Assembly: GCA_016933215.1 (NCBI GenBank)
Contig: JAFGBH010000096.1
Location: 17,788-81,787 of the forward strand
Source of the DNA: Deltaproteobacteria bacterium
GTDB taxonomy: Bacteria; Desulfobacterota; Syntrophia; Syntrophales; UBA2210
Direction: 5' to 3'
DNA: 64,000 nucleotides
The notes beneath the pieces are model-generated. The model saw nothing but the letters and a program-made list of their open reading frames with translations, had not been told where the DNA came from and made no database searches. Of this stretch, positions 19,026 to 26,239 are shown one piece after another; within the stretch, counting starts at the first letter, position 1, and each line of letters starts with the position of its first letter. The position numbers and the translations under genes were made by a program.

Positions 19026-19553
19026 TTAGCCCATATGCTGAGCTGTTTTCGCAACTGGTTCTTCTCCCAGCAGGACCATTCCGAATTTTTCGTACCTGGT
19101 ATTCGTCTTTGGATCCAAGTCGTGCCATCTCGCCAAGAACTCGCGCTCGCGTAACCATGTCCGCCGGAAAGAGGACGGATCTTCAAATAGCAGTACGCCC
19201 TTTGCATGACCAATCAGAATCGCATAGTGCCCGTCATCGTAATCTTCGCGCCAATCTTGCAGCGTCATATACCTGTCTGCCCATGCCTGCAGCAGCACGA
19301 TCACAGGATACTCCTTATCTATAAAGTCCTTTATATCAGCCAATTGCCAGTTGTCGCCTGCCTTGACCTTGAATCCATAATCCTGCGCCACCTTAATCAT
19401 CCCTGAGACTGGCGTTCCTTCCTCTCCGGTTCCGAGCGCCTCCATCAGCTCATCTTCTCGAACATCCACGCCGTAATAAGCCATTACGGTCTGCAGGGCT
19501 TTGGCGCCACAATCAAAATCGAATGTTTGCCTGCCGATGTGCAGTTCAATCAC
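19026..19553 (-). CDS. Peptidase C39-like (papain-fold cysteine peptidase) domain protein
   Basis: 175 aa. The candidate catalytic Cys is in FDFDCGAKALQTVMAYYG and the His in DDGHYAILIGH, matching C39-like domain architecture. There is no signal peptide. Confidence 0.6.
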   Translation of the reverse strand: MIELHIGRQTFDFDCGAKALQTVMAYYGVDVREDELMEALGTGEEGTPVSGMIKVAQDYGFKVKAGDNWQLADIKDFIDKEYPVIVLLQAWADRYMTLQDWREDYDDGHYAILIGHAKGVLLFEDPSSFRRTWLREREFLARWHDLDPKTNTRYEKFGMVLLGEEPVAKTAQHMG

Positions 19554-20335
19554 TTGCTGCTCCTTTCTCCACGTACGATCCGAAGCGTCTCCTGGATCGA
19601 TTCCGCGAATGCTCTTCTAAGTCTGTTGATTGCTAAAACGTTTGGAGTCCGATCGATGTTCTTGTAGAGCCTTTCATTCGTCTCCTGAATAAGCGCTGGA
19701 GCCTTTAGCCCTACAGGCTTCATTTCGTTTACTGAATGGGCGGCACACACGTGCCCATACACAGTATAGTATTCCGAGCTATTCACTGTCACTTTTACGT
19801 CAGGCAGACGCTTTCGAAGTTCGCTGGCATACGTTTCAACATAGATCTCCGGGCAGTAATAAACCCGCTCCTTATCCAATCGTGAATGTTGAAAGTTCAT
19901 CAGGTCTATCTGATTGTCAGCAACACCTCGTGCTGTGACTGTTGAGTGACCGTCAAGAAGAAAGGTCGCTCCTTCCGCGATGCTGCTCTCTATCAAAGAG
20001 TGGAACGGCTTGAGATATCTTGACGACAGTGACGCGCGCAACTCCATTGATGGTTCATGTCCTGCAATATACACGGGTCTTCCGCGTACATCTTGCAACG
20101 GAACGCTGTCATCCAGCATTTCGGGATGCCGATTCCCTTCGATGACAATGCTGCAATACTGAAACACGAGATGCCTATTGCTCAGGATGTCGCGAAAATC
20201 GTACAGCCAGTTTGTATACCAATCAACATTCTGTACGAGAACGAAGAAATCCTCAGACAGTGATTCGAGAGGTATTTCATTCGGAATGACTACACCGCTG
20301 TGGGGAATAACTACGAGCAGATCCTGCGCTCCCAT
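19550..20335 (-). CDS. N-formylglutamate amidohydrolase (FGase) family / Zn-exopeptidase-fold amidohydrolase
   Basis: 261 aa. The blocks VVIPHSGVVIP, DWYTNWLY, IVIEGNRHP and FLLDGHST follow the FGase pattern (HxG..P, D..T, NR, D.HS). It overlaps the C39-like gene by 4 bp. Confidence 0.6.
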   Translation of the reverse strand: MGAQDLLVVIPHSGVVIPNEIPLESLSEDFFVLVQNVDWYTNWLYDFRDILSNRHLVFQYCSIVIEGNRHPEMLDDSVPLQDVRGRPVYIAGHEPSMELRASLSSRYLKPFHSLIESSIAEGATFLLDGHSTVTARGVADNQIDLMNFQHSRLDKERVYYCPEIYVETYASELRKRLPDVKVTVNSSEYYTVYGHVCAAHSVNEMKPVGLKAPALIQETNERLYKNIDRTPNVLAINRLRRAFAESIQETLRIVRGERSSK

Positions 20336-20452
20336 ACAAGCCTCCTGACTATTTCTGGAAGAAAAACCTACGCCCGCAAAGCAATAGAATCGATCAGCAG
20401 GAAAAAACCACTACTCAACAGAACCACTGTGGAAAAGGGATTGTTCCTGTCT

Positions 20453-20677
20453 TTATGACGCGCCCATAATGGCATAGGCGGGGTGCATTCCCCTTCTTTC
20501 CGGCCCGTCATATTCAGAAACGCCCATTCCCCTGATATGGTCAACACCGACGGTGACCCATCGCTTCTCAGAAGGACGGTAAAACCGCTTGATTTTCTTT
20601 TGAGCGAGCTGCTGATTGAGTATTCCACCAAGAAGATAGTCATACCCGTCATTGTTGTACTGTACTCGTATCAACAC
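20453..20677 (-). CDS. Small conserved hypothetical protein (74 aa; resembles the family I recall as GSU3473-like)
   Basis: MLIRVQYNNDGYDYL...KIKRFYRPSEKRWVTVGVDHIRG...YDGPERR. It is the first gene of the minus-strand cargo operon. The family assignment is from memory only. Confidence 0.5.
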   Translation of the reverse strand: MLIRVQYNNDGYDYLLGGILNQQLAQKKIKRFYRPSEKRWVTVGVDHIRGMGVSEYDGPERRGMHPAYAIMGAS

Positions 20678-20881
20678 TTTTCTCTCCCCCTCACTAAGAG
20701 ATGAATGTCTTATGAATACGTAATTCCATATAAACTATAAGAGGATGGCACGGAACTGTCAATTGGAAACTATAGTCAGAAAACATCAATGATTGGCTTC
20801 CGTCCTGAAAATGAGCGCTGCATTTAGCGAACGAGCAGATGAGAATCATTGACAGTTTTCACATAATGGTTTAATCATAAT

Positions 20882-20984
20882 GTTAGAGACACTGTTACCT
20901 CCTTTTGTAACAGCTGTCGATTCTACTATAATTCGTTTTACGGTCCCGGGCTATACAGCGTCGTAGCTCGGGACCACTTTTTTT
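20882..20984 (+). ncRNA. Putative small RNA, copy 1 (promoter-hairpin-terminator unit)
   Basis: Upstream are TTGACA (20849-20854) and an extended -10 TGgTTTAAT (20867-20875). Hairpin CTGTTAC/GTAACAG (20892-20913) has CCTCCTTTT in its loop. The terminator is GGTCCCGGGCT/AGCTCGGGACC (20942-20975) plus T7. A paralogue lies at 33219-33323. Confidence 0.4.
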
Positions 20985-21018
20985 ACACGACGTCTATATG
21001 GATACGGGTGGCATATAG

Positions 21019-21102
21019 ATGGATTTAATCATTGCATTCATCGGTCTGGTCGTAATCATATTTTTAGTATGCTGGACAATCAGTGAGATCTTCTTTAAAT
21101 AG
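21019..21102 (+). CDS. Candidate 27-aa hydrophobic peptide (MDLIIAFIGLVVIIFLVCWTISEIFFK)
   Basis: An ATG with GGGTGG 7 nt upstream. It is a single predicted TM helix with a charged tail, too short for the ORF track, and has no supporting homology. Confidence 0.25.
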   Translation: MDLIIAFIGLVVIIFLVCWTISEIFFK

Positions 21103-21340
21103 GGCTACATCTGAAAGTTCAAGATCGATTGTTCATCCATTAATGATGGCTTAGTTTTATACATTGCTTTTTCTGTACAATATTCCTTGTCATCACTGAG
21201 TAAAATTTTAGAAGGATGAATTCATCCTGGTTGCTCATTCCAGGGTGCTTGACATTTACGTTCCGATATAACAGATTATTTTCTGCTGTTGTAGCTTCTT
21301 GCTTGAAGCAATTTATTTTAAAACAGACTGAGGCAGATGT

Positions 21341-22279
21341 ATGAAAACAATTGTTACGCTGACGATGAACCCCGCCATTGATAAAAGCTCGAAGGTTGAC
21401 CATGTCATCGCGGAACGCAAACTGTACTGCCAAACTCCCTGTTTTGAACCGGGAGGCGGGGGAATCAATGTCACGAGAGCGATCAAAAAACTGGGGGGAG
21501 AATCTATCGCATTCTATCTCTCGGGAGGCCCGACAGGCGAAATGCTCCAATACCTGTTCAAGCAGGAGAACCTTGATCATCGCCCGATCCTGTTTGACGG
21601 ATGGACAAGGGAGAATCTGATTGTACTGGAAGAGTCCACGGGTCAGCAATACCGCTTTGGAATGCCCGGCCCACCCATATCCGAGCCGGAGTGGCAGCAA
21701 TGCCTGCACGAACTGTCTGCCTTTGGTCACAGGATTGACTTCATCGTCGCCAGCGGCAGCCTTCCGCAAGGAGTTCCGGACTCTTTTTACGCCAGCGTTG
21801 CCCGTATCGGAAAAAGCAGGGGTGCCCGGGTTATCGTGGATGCCTCGGGAGAAGCGCTTCGTCTCGCGCTGAACGAAGGTGTCTATCTGATCAAACCCAA
21901 TATCCGCGAGTTCAGAGAACTCAGTGGCGCCGGATTGGAGGACAATCTGGAGATAGAACATATGGCAATGGATATTGCCCGCAAGGGGAAATGCGGCGTG
22001 GTGGTTGTTTCACTCGGAGCCGCCGGTGTCCTGATGGCATCTGACGATGGCCATGAATATATCCAGCCGCCGCCCGTCCCGATCATAAGCAAGGTAGGCG
22101 CCGGAGACAGCATGGTGGCCGGTATTGTGCTGAGTTTGGCACGCGGCAATCCTCCGCGTGATGCCGTCAGATTCGGTGTGGCAGCTGGCACCGCGGCCGT
22201 CATGACATCCGGAACGGAACTGTGTCGGAGAGAAGACACCGAACGTCTGTACAGACAATTGACCCTGAAATCAGCATGA
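21341..22279 (+). CDS. PfkB-family carbohydrate kinase (1-phosphofructokinase / 6-phosphofructokinase II / tagatose-6-P kinase subfamily)
   Basis: 312 aa. It has MKTIVTLTMNPAIDK, GGGGINV and the C-terminal pfkB signature KVGAGDSMVAG. Confidence 0.85.
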   Translation: MKTIVTLTMNPAIDKSSKVDHVIAERKLYCQTPCFEPGGGGINVTRAIKKLGGESIAFYLSGGPTGEMLQYLFKQENLDHRPILFDGWTRENLIVLEESTGQQYRFGMPGPPISEPEWQQCLHELSAFGHRIDFIVASGSLPQGVPDSFYASVARIGKSRGARVIVDASGEALRLALNEGVYLIKPNIREFRELSGAGLEDNLEIEHMAMDIARKGKCGVVVVSLGAAGVLMASDDGHEYIQPPPVPIISKVGAGDSMVAGIVLSLARGNPPRDAVRFGVAAGTAAVMTSGTELCRREDTERLYRQLTLKSA

Positions 22280-22909
22280 GAGCGGAATGTCCTTCAGGAT
22301 TTGCTTACTGAGACAGGCGAAGTAACTTTTGTGAAAATTGCAGAGCTCAAAGTAAAATCACCTTATGAAAGATACGCAACCCAAGAAAAAGAAAAGAGTC
22401 AGGTATCCGATACCGGAAGAGGGGCCGTACCTTCCGAAGGAAAAGTACAGACAATCTTCCCCGAAATCATATCCGGTATTACAGGAGCGTATCGAACTGG
22501 TACGCTGACAGTCACATTGCTATCGCAAATTATAATCCTAAGTATGGTTTTTTCATCTGTTGAATTAGATGAGATAGCTACAATCAAATCTGACACTTGA
22601 CATATAGAGGTAGTAGCCATAGCCACCCTTCCGCCTGCTAATCTTTGGTATCGATTGAGCGCAAAAAGCCACCATTGCAACTACAAATCTTCAATGTTAA
22701 TCAGTGAAAAATACAAGTCCCAGCAATGATATTTTTGTAATATAATAAAATATTTGACTAATATCTTAATGAAGGATATTCTTCATCTTGGTTTTATTGA
22801 GAATTTGTTCTGTTTTAGCGTTATCGAGTTGACCTGAATTTTCAAAGTGAGGGAATTATGGTCAGACTATTGAAGCCCTGTTTCTCAAAAAGAGAGGCAG
22901 GGTTTTGTT

Positions 22910-23461
22910 TTGGATAGGTACAAAGGGCACTGCTCCACATTGTTTAAAAGCGTTTTTCGTTATGTTGCTCTCGATGTTGAGACAACGGGTCTGTCTCCCC
23001 GAAAAGGTCATAGGATAATCGAAGTAGGGGCAGTCGCCATTGAATATGGGAAACCAGTAGGAGAATTGTCGAGTCTTGTAAATTCCGGTAGAAAAATACC
23101 ATGTCAGACTGCGCGAATACACGGAATAACCGATGCAATGCTCACTAATCAGCCTTTGCCCGATGAAATAATGCCACGATTATGGGATTTCCTGAAGGAC
23201 AGTATTGTAATCGCCCATAATGCAAGGTTCGATGTTGAGTTTCTCAGACATGAATTTGGACTAATTTCATTACAGTTGGAGAATAAGGCTGTCTGTACAC
23301 TGGAAATGAGCAGAAAGCTCTATCCAGGGTTGCCCAATCACAGGCTCAATACCGTTTACAGATATTTGTTTGGAGAAAAGCCCGCGAATGTTCAAAGGCA
23401 TCGGGCGCTCGATGATGCGAAGATGACTGCCGCAATATGGCTTGAAATGGTTAAGCGATGA
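22910..23461 (+). CDS. DnaQ-like DEDDh 3'-5' exonuclease (DNA polymerase III epsilon-like), stand-alone, coupled to cas3
   Basis: 183 aa with a TTG start. The three motifs are ExoI ALDVETTGL, ExoII IAHNARFDVEFL and ExoIII HRALDDAKMTA. Its stop TGA overlaps the cas3 ATG (ATGA at 23458-23461). Confidence 0.8.
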   Translation: MDRYKGHCSTLFKSVFRYVALDVETTGLSPRKGHRIIEVGAVAIEYGKPVGELSSLVNSGRKIPCQTARIHGITDAMLTNQPLPDEIMPRLWDFLKDSIVIAHNARFDVEFLRHEFGLISLQLENKAVCTLEMSRKLYPGLPNHRLNTVYRYLFGEKPANVQRHRALDDAKMTAAIWLEMVKR

Positions 23462-26238
23462 ATAATGCGATAAAGGGCTATTATAGATATTGGGGCAAGG
23501 CGAGTTTCTCCGAAGGTGGCAATGATTCCTGTCATCTGCTCCCATATCACTGCCTTGATGTAGCAGCAGTGGGAGGAGAATTGTTGCGTGATGATGAGCG
23601 CCTGTGCCGCATATTGACAGAGATGACAGGGCTTGGAAAAGGCGTCATTGAAAACTGGTTGATGCTTTTTCTTGCCCTCCATGATGTTGGAAAATTTTCG
23701 GAGGGATTCCAGAATTTAAGAAGCGATCTTCTTTTGAGACTCCAAGGCCGTAAGAGCGATAAAACTTATTCTGTGCGACACGATTCTCTCGGATATCTCC
23801 TGTGGAAGAAACGTCTGTGGGATGTAGTGTGGACAGAAGGGTTTCTGGGTATTGATTCTTCGGAAAACGAAAAGAGATCGTGGGAGCGGACATTCGATTG
23901 CTTTGCTCAGGCTGTCACCGGGCACCATGGAAAGCCCCCAGAAAAAGAGGGCGCTAATAACTTAAGCCTTTCATTTAGCAGGTACTTTGGAACGGTTGAA
24001 ACAGTCGCATCTGAAGAATTTGTCTGTGATGTTGGAAAACTGTTCAGAAGAGAGAAAGTTACGCAGTTCAGTCTTTCTCCCAAAGAACTTAGGGGCAGTA
24101 TCCAGCGGGCATCGTGGATGCTTGCCGGAATAGCTGTGCTTAGTGACTGGATTGCATCGGGTTATTATTCATTTCATATGGAACCGTTGCCTTTTGAAAA
24201 ATACTGGCACCAATATGCCGTACCGGGGGCGAAAGAGGCAATAGCGAAAGCGGGGATTCTTCCCGCCGAGGCAAATAGAAATACATCGTTCAGTGTCCTT
24301 TTCCCATCCATCAAGAACCCAACCTCCCTGCAAAACAAGGCTGCAACCTGCCATATTAAAAGAGGCCCTCAGCTTTTTATTCTTGAGGACATAACCGGTT
24401 CAGGCAAGACCGAAGCTGCCCTGATACTTGCAAGCAGACTCATAAATGAGACTCACGGATCGGGGATTTATGTTGCGCTGCCCACAATGGCAACTGCAAA
24501 CGCAATGTATGATCGTCTGTCCTTGGCATACCGAAAACTATTTACAGATGAATCAATTCCTTCCCTTGTGCTTGCCCACAGCGCCCGTCATCTGTCAGGT
24601 GTGTTTCGAGAATCCATTCTTGATCAGGACGCGGCAAAGGATTCCAGCTACGATAACGGCGATGATTCCGCGACGGCCCTGTGCTCAGCATGGATTGCGG
24701 ACAACCGCAAGAAGTCTCTCCTTGCCGACGTCGGTGTGGGCACACTGGATCAGGCCCTGCTCGCGGTTTTGCCTTCCCGGCATCAGTCTCTGCGGTTGCT
24801 GGGGCTTTCGAGGCATATCTTGATAGTCGATGAAGTCCATGCATATGATTCATACACGCTTATGTTACTGAAAAATCTTCTTCAGTTCCATTCTGCCATG
24901 GGCGGGAGCGCCATACTCCTGTCAGCCACCCTACCTCTCGGAGTCAAACAGGACCTTATTGACAGTTTCAGCGAAGGGATGGGCCTCACACCGACGAGTC
25001 TTAACAAGAGGGATACCTATCCACTCTTTACGCATCTTTCTTCCAATGAAACGATTGAAGCACCAGTCGAAGATTATGAGGGCGTCAAGAGTTCTGTTGA
25101 CATTAATTTTATACATGACTCTCATAAAGTGTTAAAAATTATAGTGGATTCAGCAAGTGCCGGGCAATGTGTATGCTGGATCCGCAATACCGTGGATGAT
25201 GCAATGGATGCGTATGATGTATTGAAAGGTAGATTAGATCCCTCGCGATTAATCCTGTTTCATGCGCGATTTGCGATGGGAGACCGCCTCTCAATCGAAG
25301 AAAAGGTGCTGAAGGTCTTTGGGAAAACGAGCGGCTCAAATGATCGTGAAGGAAAGATTCTTATAGCAACACAGGTGGTAGAACAATCCCTTGACCTCGA
25401 CTTTGACGTAATGATCACAGACCTTGCACCAATTGACCTGATTATTCAGCGTGCGGGAAGGCTTCACCGTCACAGGCGCGATATCCATGGGAATCCGATA
25501 GTTGCTGGGAATATGCCGGATCAACGAGGGCTACCTTGCCTAAACATTTTTTCACCGCGTCTTGATATAGAAATAAAGAACGATTGGTATAAAACTGTGT
25601 TCCCGAAAGCCGCCTGGGTTTATACAAGCCATGGTCGATTGTGGCTAACGGCAACCTTGCTGGACAAAAAAGGGGGGTGGACAATGCCGGATGATGCTCG
25701 GGAGTTGATAGAGGCAGCTTTTTCCGATGAGCCTGAAACGACAATTCCTCCGCCCTTGCAGGAGCGGGACATGGAATCAGACGTGCAGGATATGGTTAGC
25801 AGATCTCTTGCAAAGATAAATGTGCTGAAATTGGAGGATGGCTACAGTGTTACACTAAATCAATGGCTCGACGATACCCAGGCAATGACGCGTCTCGGTG
25901 AGATAATGACAACGGTAAGGCTGGCAAGATGGGATGGAAAAGCATTGAGGCCCTGGTACGACAGGGGTGATTTCCCGTGGAACTTGAGCCAGGTTAATAT
26001 AAACGCCAAAAGAGTTTACTATGAAATGGAAGATAAGGATGCCGATGCCGGTCTGGCCGATGCCGTGCAATCCCTGAAATCAAAACTTGCCGACCGGGGG
26101 AAGTGGACAGTCCTCGTTCCTTTGACAAAGGTTGAAGATGAATGCTGGGAAGGATACGCAAGAAACATGCAGGGCGAAAGAATTACTTTGCTGTATTCAC
26201 CAGATACCGGTTTGAGATTTTACAGAAAGGGGAGATGA
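23458..26238 (+). CDS. cas3: CRISPR-associated helicase/HD nuclease Cas3, type I-E
   Basis: 926 aa. It has the HD domain (LPYHCLDVAAV, LHDVGKFS, VTGHHG), Walker A ITGSGKTEAA and the DEAH-like box LIVDEVHAYD. Confidence 0.95.
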   Translation: MNNAIKGYYRYWGKASFSEGGNDSCHLLPYHCLDVAAVGGELLRDDERLCRILTEMTGLGKGVIENWLMLFLALHDVGKFSEGFQNLRSDLLLRLQGRKSDKTYSVRHDSLGYLLWKKRLWDVVWTEGFLGIDSSENEKRSWERTFDCFAQAVTGHHGKPPEKEGANNLSLSFSRYFGTVETVASEEFVCDVGKLFRREKVTQFSLSPKELRGSIQRASWMLAGIAVLSDWIASGYYSFHMEPLPFEKYWHQYAVPGAKEAIAKAGILPAEANRNTSFSVLFPSIKNPTSLQNKAATCHIKRGPQLFILEDITGSGKTEAALILASRLINETHGSGIYVALPTMATANAMYDRLSLAYRKLFTDESIPSLVLAHSARHLSGVFRESILDQDAAKDSSYDNGDDSATALCSAWIADNRKKSLLADVGVGTLDQALLAVLPSRHQSLRLLGLSRHILIVDEVHAYDSYTLMLLKNLLQFHSAMGGSAILLSATLPLGVKQDLIDSFSEGMGLTPTSLNKRDTYPLFTHLSSNETIEAPVEDYEGVKSSVDINFIHDSHKVLKIIVDSASAGQCVCWIRNTVDDAMDAYDVLKGRLDPSRLILFHARFAMGDRLSIEEKVLKVFGKTSGSNDREGKILIATQVVEQSLDLDFDVMITDLAPIDLIIQRAGRLHRHRRDIHGNPIVAGNMPDQRGLPCLNIFSPRLDIEIKNDWYKTVFPKAAWVYTSHGRLWLTATLLDKKGGWTMPDDARELIEAAFSDEPETTIPPPLQERDMESDVQDMVSRSLAKINVLKLEDGYSVTLNQWLDDTQAMTRLGEIMTTVRLARWDGKALRPWYDRGDFPWNLSQVNINAKRVYYEMEDKDADAGLADAVQSLKSKLADRGKWTVLVPLTKVEDECWEGYARNMQGERITLLYSPDTGLRFYRKGR

Positions 26239-26239
26239 A

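Noticed and set aside
21140-21961. 273-aa minus-strand ORF overlapping the pfkB kinase gene
   Set aside because: It lies antisense to a gene with clear pfkB signatures. Its translation is Arg/Ser/Ala-rich, typical of the reverse frame of a GC-rich gene, with no recognisable motif.
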